From Bacteroidales bacterium (lineage in GTDB: Bacteria; Bacteroidota; Bacteroidia; Bacteroidales; VadinHA17), in contig JAVVEL010000001.1 in assembly GCA_032260385.1 (NCBI GenBank), positions 67,355-131,354 of the forward strand: a stretch of 64,000 nucleotides of DNA, written 5' to 3'. Both the position numbers and the translations under genes were made by a program. Shown here one piece after another: positions 10,833 through 19,247 of this stretch (position 1 is the first letter of the stretch; the number at the start of each line of letters is the position of its first letter). The notes under the pieces are model-generated. The model ran no database searches, was not told where the DNA came from, and saw only the letters and a list, made by a program, of their open reading frames with translations.

Positions 10833-11030
10833 ATGGAGAAGAAATGGGTTAAAATATATGAATCAAATAATGAAGTGAAAGCGGAAATAGCCCGGCAATT
10901 ACTTGAGGATAATGAAATTGAAAGTGTTATTATAAACAAGAAAGACAGGTCCTACGGTTTTGGAGAGTATGAGCTGTACTGCATGCGGGATTATGTTATA
11001 AGAGCAAAACTATTGTTAAAAGAACTCTGA
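10833..11030 (+). CDS. DUF2007-like small protein (putative signal-transducing fold)
   Basis: 65 aa; W.KIY.S.NE..A.I....L....I......NKKD..Y resembles DUF2007. It is tightly packed between ftsH and cdsA. Confidence 0.55.
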   Translation: MEKKWVKIYESNNEVKAEIARQLLEDNEIESVIINKKDRSYGFGEYELYCMRDYVIRAKLLLKEL

Positions 11031-11032
11031 TC

Positions 11033-11875
11033 TTGAAAAACTTATCCAGGCGAACACTAACAGGCATTTTTTTAGTTATTATTATAGTGGGGGGATTGTG
11101 GCTCCACCCCCTGTCTTATCTCCTGGTAGGCTTAATATTACTTGCAGGATCATTATATGAATATTACCGGCTTATTTCCGCTTCAGGGTCTTCTCCACAG
11201 GAAATTGCCGGAATAATAACGGCCGTTTTAATATATGGAATCTCTGTTTTCGTAGCGGCGGGTATTCTCGATCCGATATTCTACCTGCTTGCAATGTTCG
11301 CCATTATGCTCATTATTATTGCTGAACTCTTCAGGAAGGATGATAAACCCTTTGACGCGCTTGCCCATACTATCTTCGGACTTATCTTTATTTCTGTTCC
11401 CTATTCACTTTTTCCGTTTATGGCTTTTGGTTTTCCAGGACCTGGTACTGTTCTGCCTAATAGTCTGCCGGTATTTTCACCAGGTTTAATGCTTGGTTTC
11501 CTGGTTCTGTCATGGGGATTTGATATTGGAGCCTACCTGTTTGGATCCTGCTTTGGAAAACATAAATTATTGAAAAGGATATCCCCGGATAAGTCCTGGG
11601 AAGGTTTTATTTTCGGATTTGCAACTGCCGTTTTACTCGCCTGGCCTGTTTCCCTGTGGATTAAAACACCGGGAACAGGTGGCTGGTTGATTATAGCAGT
11701 GTTAATATCCATTAGCGGCACACTGGGTGACCTGGTGGAGTCGATGCTGAAAAGAAGCGCCGGAGTAAAAGACTCAGGCTCCTTACTGCCCGGTCACGGA
11801 GGAATACTCGACAGGTTTGACAGCCTTATACTGTCACTGCCTTTTGTCTTCCTTTTCATTCTACTCTTTGGTTGA
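11033..11875 (+). CDS. cdsA: Phosphatidate cytidylyltransferase
   Basis: Polytopic membrane protein with the C-terminal CdsA signature SMLKRSAGVKDSGSLLPGHGGILDRFDS. The start is a TTG. Confidence 0.9.
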   Translation: MKNLSRRTLTGIFLVIIIVGGLWLHPLSYLLVGLILLAGSLYEYYRLISASGSSPQEIAGIITAVLIYGISVFVAAGILDPIFYLLAMFAIMLIIIAELFRKDDKPFDALAHTIFGLIFISVPYSLFPFMAFGFPGPGTVLPNSLPVFSPGLMLGFLVLSWGFDIGAYLFGSCFGKHKLLKRISPDKSWEGFIFGFATAVLLAWPVSLWIKTPGTGGWLIIAVLISISGTLGDLVESMLKRSAGVKDSGSLLPGHGGILDRFDSLILSLPFVFLFILLFG

Positions 11876-11905
11876 TTTATACTATATTATTAGTTTTATG
11901 ACACC

Positions 11906-12562
11906 ATGAAGATTCACAGAGTAGGATATAAAATAATCTTATACAATATTGCTGCCCTGGCAGTGATTAATATTGCAGTGATATACTTTTTCAGCCATTT
12001 TCAGGTTTTATGGATAACGGTTCTGTCATTCTCTATAATCATGGTGCTTTTTCTTGTTTCTTTTTTCAGGAAACCGGAAAGAAAAGTAACAGAAAGCCCG
12101 GGTAAAATACTGTCAGCTGCTGATGGGAAGGTGGTGGCCATTGAGGAGATGCAGGAAACTGAATACTTCAATGAAAAAAAATTACAGGTCTCGGTCTTTA
12201 TGAGCCTGTTTAATGTGCATTATAATACCTACCCGGTATCGGGGACGGTTAAATATGTGAAATACCATCCCGGGAAATTCCTCCTTGCAAATCTTCCGAA
12301 GTCTTCCGTCAGTAATGAAAGAATAAGCATAGTTATCGAAACTGGTGAAGGCATTGAAATAATGATCAGGCAAATTGCAGGATTTATTGCCCGGAGAATT
12401 GTCACAAAAGCAGAACCGGGAATGAAAGTCAGGCAGGGAGACGAGCTGGGCTTCATTAAATTTGGCTCAAGGGTGGATATTTTCCTACCCTCCGGAACCG
12501 GTCTGAACGTTGGCTTGTCACAGACGGTCAGGGCTAACCATGATATACTGGCTGAATTATAA
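11906..12562 (+). CDS. psd: Phosphatidylserine decarboxylase proenzyme (short form)
   Basis: 218 aa with N-terminal TM segments and the self-cleavage motif FGSRVDIF (G-S) near the C-terminus. Confidence 0.85.
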   Translation: MKIHRVGYKIILYNIAALAVINIAVIYFFSHFQVLWITVLSFSIIMVLFLVSFFRKPERKVTESPGKILSAADGKVVAIEEMQETEYFNEKKLQVSVFMSLFNVHYNTYPVSGTVKYVKYHPGKFLLANLPKSSVSNERISIVIETGEGIEIMIRQIAGFIARRIVTKAEPGMKVRQGDELGFIKFGSRVDIFLPSGTGLNVGLSQTVRANHDILAEL

Positions 12563-12592
12563 TTGAATAAAACAATAAATTCTTACCGCGAT

Positions 12593-13819
12593 ATGAAAGC
12601 AAGTGAAAAAAAAGAAGATAAGAAAGTGATTGAAATAACTAAGGATGTAAGCTGGATAGGAATCCTTGATTATGATATAGTGACTTTTGATATTGTTATG
12701 GAGACGGAATATGGTACTAGCTATAATTCATATTTCATCAATGCAGATAAAAAAGCCATTATCGAAACTGCAAAGGAAAAATTTGCAGATGTTTATATTG
12801 ACAAATTAAAACAGCTTGCCGATCCTTCAGCAATTGAATATATCATCTTCAATCATACCGAGCCCGATCATTCAGGGTCGTTGAAACATATCCTGGAACT
12901 GGCTCCCGGTGCAACGGTGGTAGGAAGTGGTAATGCCATCCGCTATCTTAATGACATGTTCGATTTTTCTTTTAAGAGCATGGCAGTAAAGGAAGGGGAC
13001 AGTCTCAGCCTGGGTAATAAGACCCTCAGGTTTATCTCTGCTCCCAACCTGCACTGGCCCGACACTATGTATACCTACCTCGAAGAAGATAGATTGCTTT
13101 TTACCTGTGATTCATTCGGTGCCCATTATTGTGATGACCGACTTTTTGATGACCTTGTGGGCGACTTCAGGGAGGCCTTTAAATACTATTTTGATGTTAT
13201 ACTTAAGCCCTACAGCAAATTTATGCTCAAGGCCATCGATAAGATACGGCCCCTTGACATTGATGCTATTTGCACAGGGCACGGACCCGTGCTGAGAAAA
13301 AACTGGAAGAAATACGTTGACCTGAGTGAAAAATATGCCCGTGAATATATAGATGTCACAAGTGGAGAAGAAAAGAAGAGAGCTCTCATTACCTATGTTT
13401 CAGCCTATGGCTATACAAAAGAAATGGCAGAAGCTATTGCCATGGGCATTGAAAGCGGTGGAAACATAGAGGTCAGAATTCTCGATATTGAACATATAGA
13501 GCTGGGGGATCTCGCATCTGAAGTGGTTAAGGCTGATGCTCTTCTCGTAGGATCACCTACCATCAATCAGAATACCCTGCTGCAGGTTTATAAGCTTTTT
13601 TCGGTAATCAACCCACTGCGGGACAAGGGTAAACTGGCTGCCTCATTTGGCTCCTACGGTTGGAGCGGGGAAGCCCCGGGCATTATTGCCGCAAACCTGA
13701 AAAGCCTTAAGCTGAAAGTGATGGATGAAAATGCAGCTTTTAAGTTCAGGCCCGGAGAAGAAACAAGAACCGAACTGGTGGCTTATGGTAATCGCTTTGC
13801 CAGGGAACTGATGTCATAA
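12593..13819 (+). CDS. fprA: FprA-family A-type flavodiiron protein (O2/NO reductase)
   Basis: Metallo-beta-lactamase-like domain with the di-iron motif HTEPDHSG, plus a C-terminal flavodoxin domain (SAYGYT...GSPT.NQ...SYGWSGEA). The ATG at 12593 is preferred over the in-frame TTG at 12563. Confidence 0.88.
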   Translation: MKASEKKEDKKVIEITKDVSWIGILDYDIVTFDIVMETEYGTSYNSYFINADKKAIIETAKEKFADVYIDKLKQLADPSAIEYIIFNHTEPDHSGSLKHILELAPGATVVGSGNAIRYLNDMFDFSFKSMAVKEGDSLSLGNKTLRFISAPNLHWPDTMYTYLEEDRLLFTCDSFGAHYCDDRLFDDLVGDFREAFKYYFDVILKPYSKFMLKAIDKIRPLDIDAICTGHGPVLRKNWKKYVDLSEKYAREYIDVTSGEEKKRALITYVSAYGYTKEMAEAIAMGIESGGNIEVRILDIEHIELGDLASEVVKADALLVGSPTINQNTLLQVYKLFSVINPLRDKGKLAASFGSYGWSGEAPGIIAANLKSLKLKVMDENAAFKFRPGEETRTELVAYGNRFARELMS

Positions 13820-13889
13820 AGGGCTTTTGTCTTTTGTCTTTATTAGTATATTTACATTCTCAACCAAACCTGACCCTAAATTTTGTAAA

Positions 13890-14129
13890 ATGGGTTTTCT
13901 GAAGAATACCTTTTATGATATTTTCCGATTTTACAGGAATGGTTTTCTTACAATGCCATCCTGGGGAAGGAAGGTATGGCTGGTAATCCTGATAAAACTG
14001 TTTATTATGTTTGCTGTTCTGCGAATATTCTTTTTCCCCGACATCCTCAAGAAAAACTTTGCTACCGACAGGGAAAGGGGAGAACATGTACTTAATGAAT
14101 TAATAATTAAATCTGCTACTGATGATTGA
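13890..14129 (+). CDS. DUF4492 small membrane protein (cyd operon-associated)
   Basis: The ATG at 13890 gives MGFLKNTFYDIFRFYRNGF...WLVILIKLFIMF. The gene overlaps the cydA start by 8 nt, which is the typical Bacteroidota arrangement. Confidence 0.65.
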   Translation: MGFLKNTFYDIFRFYRNGFLTMPSWGRKVWLVILIKLFIMFAVLRIFFFPDILKKNFATDRERGEHVLNELIIKSATDD

Positions 14130-15690
14130 GAACATCGACCTTTCTTTAGTTGATTGGTCAAGGGGGCAGTTTGCCCTGACAGCCATTTATCACTGGCTCT
14201 TCGTTCCACTCACGCTTGGTTTGTCCTTCATTCTTGTCATTATGGAGACAAAATATGTGCGTACCGGTTCAGAAAAATGGAAGAAAATTACCAAATTCTG
14301 GATGAAATTATTCGGTATAAATTTTGCCATAGGAGTATCAACCGGCCTGATTCTTGAATTTGAGTTTGGTACCAACTGGTCAAATTATTCATGGTTTGTT
14401 GGTGATATTTTCGGAGCTCCACTGGCAATTGAAGGCATCATGGCCTTTTTCCTTGAATCGACCTTTGTGGCGGTGATGTTTTTTGGATGGGATAAGGTGG
14501 GCAAACGCTTTCACCTGGCTTCAACATGGCTGGTGGCTATCGGAGCTAACCTTTCAGCCCTATGGATACTTGTTGCCAATGCGTGGATGGAGAACCCCGT
14601 TGGTATGTTCTTTAACCCCGATACGGCAAGAAACGAAATGCAAAGCTTCTGGCAGGTACTGTTCAACCCGGTTGCAATGGACAAATTCTTTCATACAATA
14701 ACATCGGGTTTTGTACTGGCTTCCTTATTCGTAACCGGTATAAGTGCATGGTTTCTCATTCATAACAGGGAAAAAGAAATGGCGGTAAAAAGTATAAAGG
14801 TGGCTGCCATATTTGGCACCTTTGGATCCCTGGTGCTCATCTTTACAGGCGATACATCCTCCCGGACGCTTGCCCGGGTACAGCCTGTGAAATTTGCTGC
14901 TATGGAAGCATTGTACGAAGGGAAGACAGATGCAGGATTAACTGCCTTCGGTATTCTGGTTGACAAGGATCAGGCAGTTGAGGATGGCCTTGATGAGAAG
15001 GATATAATTGCTTCAATAGAAATTCCCGGACTGCTGTCAATAATGACCAATGGGGAACGTGATTCCTACGTTGCAGGAATAAAGGACCTTGTACACGGGA
15101 ATGAAGAAAGAGGCTTAATGCCTGTTTCTGAGAAGATAGAGAGGGGTAAGTTTGCAAGACAAACCCTGCTTGACTACAGGGAAGCAAAAGAAGGGGATAA
15201 TATGGTCCTGGCCGATGAATTGAAAAAGAGGTTTGAGGGCAGTGACTTCCAGGAGGAATACTTCCGTTATTTTGGCTATTCCTACATAAACAGACCGGCT
15301 GATGTTGTGCCAAACGTTCCTTTGATCTTTTACAGTTTTCACCTGATGGTGGCGCTGGGTTGTCTCTTCTTGCTTCTGCAAATCCTTGCCTGGTTATATA
15401 CAGCCAGGGGCTCAATGGAAAATAAAAGGATTTTCCAGTGGATACTCCTGTTAAGCCTTCCCCTTCCTTACCTTGCCTCTGTTCTCGGGTGGCTTGTAAC
15501 AGAAATGGGCAGGCAGCCATGGATAATACAGGACTTAATGCCTGTAGGTATTGCTGTATCAAGCATCAGTACCTCGGCTGTTCAAACAACATTCTGGTTA
15601 TTCGCCGCTCTCTTCACGGCCTTGCTGATTGCAGAGGTCTCTATTATGACCAGGCAAATAAAAATCGGACCTAAAATAGAGGAGGAATAG
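14122..15690 (+). CDS. cydA: Cytochrome bd ubiquinol oxidase subunit I
   Basis: 522 aa. WSRGQFALTAIYHWLFVPLTLG, the Q-loop region and the GWLVTEMGRQPW motif are diagnostic. Confidence 0.95.
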   Translation: MIENIDLSLVDWSRGQFALTAIYHWLFVPLTLGLSFILVIMETKYVRTGSEKWKKITKFWMKLFGINFAIGVSTGLILEFEFGTNWSNYSWFVGDIFGAPLAIEGIMAFFLESTFVAVMFFGWDKVGKRFHLASTWLVAIGANLSALWILVANAWMENPVGMFFNPDTARNEMQSFWQVLFNPVAMDKFFHTITSGFVLASLFVTGISAWFLIHNREKEMAVKSIKVAAIFGTFGSLVLIFTGDTSSRTLARVQPVKFAAMEALYEGKTDAGLTAFGILVDKDQAVEDGLDEKDIIASIEIPGLLSIMTNGERDSYVAGIKDLVHGNEERGLMPVSEKIERGKFARQTLLDYREAKEGDNMVLADELKKRFEGSDFQEEYFRYFGYSYINRPADVVPNVPLIFYSFHLMVALGCLFLLLQILAWLYTARGSMENKRIFQWILLLSLPLPYLASVLGWLVTEMGRQPWIIQDLMPVGIAVSSISTSAVQTTFWLFAALFTALLIAEVSIMTRQIKIGPKIEEE

Positions 15691-15692
15691 TC

Positions 15693-16823
15693 ATGTTATT
15701 AGCTGTATCACATTCATTTCTCCAGGAGTACTGGTGGTTACTCATTTCACTTCTCGCCAGCCTGCTGGTATTTCTCATGTTCGTACAGGGCGGGCAATCA
15801 TTTATTTTTAGCCTTGCTGCGAATGAACAACAAAAGACTATGGTTATCAATGCCATGGGACGTAAGTGGGAATTTACATTCACTACCCTTGTAACCTTCG
15901 GGGGAGCATTTTTTGCCTCTTTCCCTCTTTTTTATGCAACCAGTTTCGGAGGGGCTTACTGGGTATGGATGGCTATTCTTTTCAGCTTCGTGATCCAGGC
16001 CATAGCATATGAATACCGTACCAAGCCCTCCAATGTGCTGGGTAAAAAAACATTTGAGGTCTTCCTCCTGATAAACGGAGCCTTTTCACCTTTTCTTATA
16101 GGTGTTGCTGTTGCCACTTTCTTCACGGGAGCAAATTTTTCTCTCAACGAGATGAATATGGGAAAATGGGATACCCCGTGGCACGGACTCGAAGCATTGT
16201 TGAGTCTCAGGAATTTATCCCTTGGAGTGGCAGTTCTCTTTTTGGCCCGGCTCCTTGGCCTGATGTATATTATTAACAGCATTGATGATGATGAATTGAA
16301 TGGACGGGCAAGAAAAAAGGCACTAATAAACCTTGTCCCTTTTCTTATAGGCTTCCTTTATTTCATTATAAGCCTCTTACTGGCAGAAGGCTTTGCTGTT
16401 GACCCGGAGAGTGGAAGAGTCTTTATGGAAAAAGGTAAATACTTCCACAACCTGGTGGAGATGCCCCTGGTCCTTATAATATTTCTCTCCGGCACTGTGC
16501 TTGTGCTTTTTGCCCTCTACCGTACTGTTTTTACCGAAAAAACTGACCCGGTATGGTTTGGAGGCTTCGGCACCGTAATGGTGGTATTGTCATTATTCCT
16601 TCTGGCAGGTTATAATAATACTTCCTTCTATCCCTCATTAAGCGACCTGCAGAGTTCACTGACCATAAGGAATGCTTCCTCAAGCCATTTTACCCTCAAA
16701 ACAATGCTGTATATCTCATTTATTATTCCCTTTGTTATTGCATATATATGGTATGCATGGAGTGCAATAAACAGGAAAAAAATTGATAAGGAAGAGATAG
16801 GTGGTGAAGGACATATTTATTAG
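15693..16823 (+). CDS. cydB: Cytochrome bd ubiquinol oxidase subunit II
   Basis: 376-aa polytopic protein immediately after cydA, with a typical CydB N-terminus (...WW.L......L....GG...). Confidence 0.9.
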   Translation: MLLAVSHSFLQEYWWLLISLLASLLVFLMFVQGGQSFIFSLAANEQQKTMVINAMGRKWEFTFTTLVTFGGAFFASFPLFYATSFGGAYWVWMAILFSFVIQAIAYEYRTKPSNVLGKKTFEVFLLINGAFSPFLIGVAVATFFTGANFSLNEMNMGKWDTPWHGLEALLSLRNLSLGVAVLFLARLLGLMYIINSIDDDELNGRARKKALINLVPFLIGFLYFIISLLLAEGFAVDPESGRVFMEKGKYFHNLVEMPLVLIIFLSGTVLVLFALYRTVFTEKTDPVWFGGFGTVMVVLSLFLLAGYNNTSFYPSLSDLQSSLTIRNASSSHFTLKTMLYISFIIPFVIAYIWYAWSAINRKKIDKEEIGGEGHIY

Positions 16824-16835
16824 TAATATAAGCAG

Positions 16836-17960
16836 ATGAGTATTCTCCGGATACAGGAATGGTTTGATGATATTGGTGACAGACCCGTGATGATAGCCGG
16901 CCCGTGCAGTGCTGAGTCGGATGAACAGATACAAAAGACAGCTGATGCTTTGAGCGGACCATGCAAACCATCCTTCTTCAGGGCAGGAATATGGAAACCC
17001 CGCACCCGGCCCGGCACCTTCAGCGGTGTAGGTACAAAGGGTCTGCAATGGATGATTAAGGTAAAGGAGCGTACCGGTATGAGGCTTACGGTAGAGGCGG
17101 CAAGCCCCCGGCATGTGGAGGCGTGCCTGAAAGCCGGAATAGATGTAATCTGGCTGGGTGCACGAACAGTCTCAAACCCCTTCTCAGTCCAGGAAATAGC
17201 CGAAGCACTAAAAGGGGTGGATATACCGGTGCTTGTTAAGAATCCCCTTAATCCCGACATTGACCTGTGGTTGGGAGCCATAGAAAGAATAAACAATGCA
17301 GGTATAAGTAAAGTGGCTGCTGTTCACCGCGGCTTTTCACCCTTTGAAAGAACAAGGTACAGAAATATGCCCAAATGGGAAATTGCAATAGAGCTGAGGA
17401 GGAGGTTAAAGGAGATATCTGTCCTGTGCGACCCGAGCCATATAGGAGGTGATGTTGTTATGGTGCCCGAACTGGCGCAGAAAGCAATGGACCTGAATAT
17501 GGACGGACTGATGCTCGAAGTCCACCATGATCCCTTATCTGCCCTGAGCGACAATAAGCAGCAATTGCTGCCGGAAAATTATTGCAGGCTGATAGAAAAC
17601 CTGGTGATAAGATGCCCCAAGCCTGAAGACCCTGGATTCATCAATCAGCTTGATGAATTGAGAAGCCAGATTGACTCTGTTGATCATCAGCTGATTGAGC
17701 TTCTGTCAAGAAGACTCGAAATAATCGATATGATAGGACATTACAAGTATAGTAATAACGCTGCCATACTCCAGATGGACAGGTGGGTCGAAATCCTTAA
17801 TACAAGACTTGAGCAGGCAGGGCTCCTTGGCCTGGACCGTGATTTCACTGAAAGATACCTGAAACTTATGCACCAGGAGTCGATTCGCAGGCAGACGGAT
17901 ATTATGAAGAAAATGGAAGAGAAACAGGGGAAATCAGCTGATAAGGGCCCAGATAATTGA
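16836..17960 (+). CDS. Bifunctional 3-deoxy-7-phosphoheptulonate synthase (type I-beta) / chorismate mutase
   Basis: N-terminal DAHPS/KDOPS-like barrel (IAGPCSAES...FRAGIWKPRT...CDPSH) and a C-terminal AroQ-type CM helix region (LRSQIDSVDHQLIELLSRRLEI). Confidence 0.85.
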   Translation: MSILRIQEWFDDIGDRPVMIAGPCSAESDEQIQKTADALSGPCKPSFFRAGIWKPRTRPGTFSGVGTKGLQWMIKVKERTGMRLTVEAASPRHVEACLKAGIDVIWLGARTVSNPFSVQEIAEALKGVDIPVLVKNPLNPDIDLWLGAIERINNAGISKVAAVHRGFSPFERTRYRNMPKWEIAIELRRRLKEISVLCDPSHIGGDVVMVPELAQKAMDLNMDGLMLEVHHDPLSALSDNKQQLLPENYCRLIENLVIRCPKPEDPGFINQLDELRSQIDSVDHQLIELLSRRLEIIDMIGHYKYSNNAAILQMDRWVEILNTRLEQAGLLGLDRDFTERYLKLMHQESIRRQTDIMKKMEEKQGKSADKGPDN

Positions 17961-18644
17961 AACAACAATGTAAAGTATGATTATCAGGGGTAAGGATGCA
18001 AATCCTGCTCCCGCTATCAGTAAGGCCGATGAGCCAAGAAAAACTATCCTTAATTCATTCCCTTTGAACCTCAGATGCCTGAATTTGAATGAAAACATTG
18101 GTATGTTGGTAATCATCAGGGATGAAAACACTATGGTGAGAAAACACAGGACCATCCGGGAACTGATAAGACCCTGAATTAACTGGCTGTTTCCATACTC
18201 AGCGGCAAAAACCAGGGAAATAATAAAAAAAGCATTTCCCGGTGTGGGCAAACCCCTGAAATGATCACTCTGGGCTTTGTCAATGTTAAACTTTGCAAGA
18301 CGCAGGCCCGAAAAGGCAGGTATCAGAACAGTGGCATATTCTATATATCCTGCGAGGGAGTCAAGTCCCTCAGCCGAAATGATGAGCCTGTACATCAACA
18401 AGCCGGGAGCAACACCGAAGCTCACCATATCGGCAAGACTGTCAAGTTGCAGGCCAATCTCCGAATAAGCCTTAAGCAGGCGGGCAGCGAGGCCATCACA
18501 AAAATCAAAAAGGAGGGAGGCCGTTATAAACCATACTGAAAGCTTAAGGTTACCGTTCATTATCAGTATAATGGCAAAGAAACCTGATACCAGGTTCATA
18601 AGGGTGAGCAGGTTTGGAATATGCTTTTTCATCTGAGGAGTCAA
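17934..18644 (-). CDS. pssA: CDP-diacylglycerol--serine O-phosphatidyltransferase
   Basis: CDP-alcohol phosphatidyltransferase motif DGLAARLLKAYSEIGLQLDSLAD in a 236-aa membrane protein. Confidence 0.85.
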   Translation of the reverse strand: MTPQMKKHIPNLLTLMNLVSGFFAIILIMNGNLKLSVWFITASLLFDFCDGLAARLLKAYSEIGLQLDSLADMVSFGVAPGLLMYRLIISAEGLDSLAGYIEYATVLIPAFSGLRLAKFNIDKAQSDHFRGLPTPGNAFFIISLVFAAEYGNSQLIQGLISSRMVLCFLTIVFSSLMITNIPMFSFKFRHLRFKGNELRIVFLGSSALLIAGAGFASLPLIIILYIVVSIIWALIS

Positions 18645-18722
18645 GGCCGAATATTAACGTAAATTAATATAAATTTTATCAATATTCCCAATTTGTATAT
18701 TTTTACATGAATTTAAGAACTG

Positions 18723-19181
18723 ATGGAACATTTACACAATATTAAAATAGCAGTTGATTTCGACGGGACCATAGTTGAACATGAATATCCTGAGATAGGT
18801 AAAGAAAAATTATTTGCCTTTGAAACGATGAAGGAACTGCAGAAAAATGGAGCCCTTCTTATTCTATGGACTTTCAGGGCCGGAAAGGAACTGGATGAGG
18901 CAGTTGAATATTGTAAGAATAAAGGTATTGAGTTTTATGCCGTTAACAAAAACTATCCTGAGGAGGATTTCAACAGTTCAGTCAGCCGGAAAATAAATGC
19001 TGATGTATACATCGATGATAAAAATATCGGGGGCTTTCCCGGATGGAGCAGGATCTGGCAGGAACTGAGCTTATATGATGAAATGGAAAAGGAAGCTATC
19101 AAAAAGCTAAACCGAAGGAAATCAGTACTCAAAAGGTTGTTCGGCCGGAAGAAAGAAGGGGAGAAAGGTTTATTAGGTTGA
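18723..19181 (+). CDS. HAD-superfamily-like small phosphatase/hypothetical protein
   Basis: DFDGT motif near the N-terminus (IAVDFDGTIV) and a late DD motif (YIDDKN), in 152 aa with a basic C-terminal tail. Confidence 0.5.
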   Translation: MEHLHNIKIAVDFDGTIVEHEYPEIGKEKLFAFETMKELQKNGALLILWTFRAGKELDEAVEYCKNKGIEFYAVNKNYPEEDFNSSVSRKINADVYIDDKNIGGFPGWSRIWQELSLYDEMEKEAIKKLNRRKSVLKRLFGRKKEGEKGLLG

Positions 19182-19221
19182 TAAAGTTGATAAAGTTGAT
19201 AAAGTTTATAGAGTTTAAAGT
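19177..19221. repeat. 9-bp tandem repeat GTTGATAAA x3 perfect plus 2 degenerate copies, starting at the stop codon of the upstream gene
   Basis: Direct reading gives gttgataaa gttgataaa gttgataaa gtttataga gtttaaagt. The whole 19177-19247 spacer contains no C. Confidence 0.9.
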
Positions 19222-19247
19222 GATTATATAGTTTTTGTTTTTAGGTG

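Noticed and set aside
14900-15562. Long antisense ORFs inside large genes (also 3034..3623, 3957..4433, 9318..9867, 16716..17296, 57936..58397, 59153..59830, 60863..61441 and similar)
   Set aside because: Each is fully embedded opposite a gene with unmistakable family motifs (cydA, lon, ftsH, DAHPS, MFP, RND). Their translations are low-complexity or Ser/Pro/Arg-rich, as expected for antisense frames.
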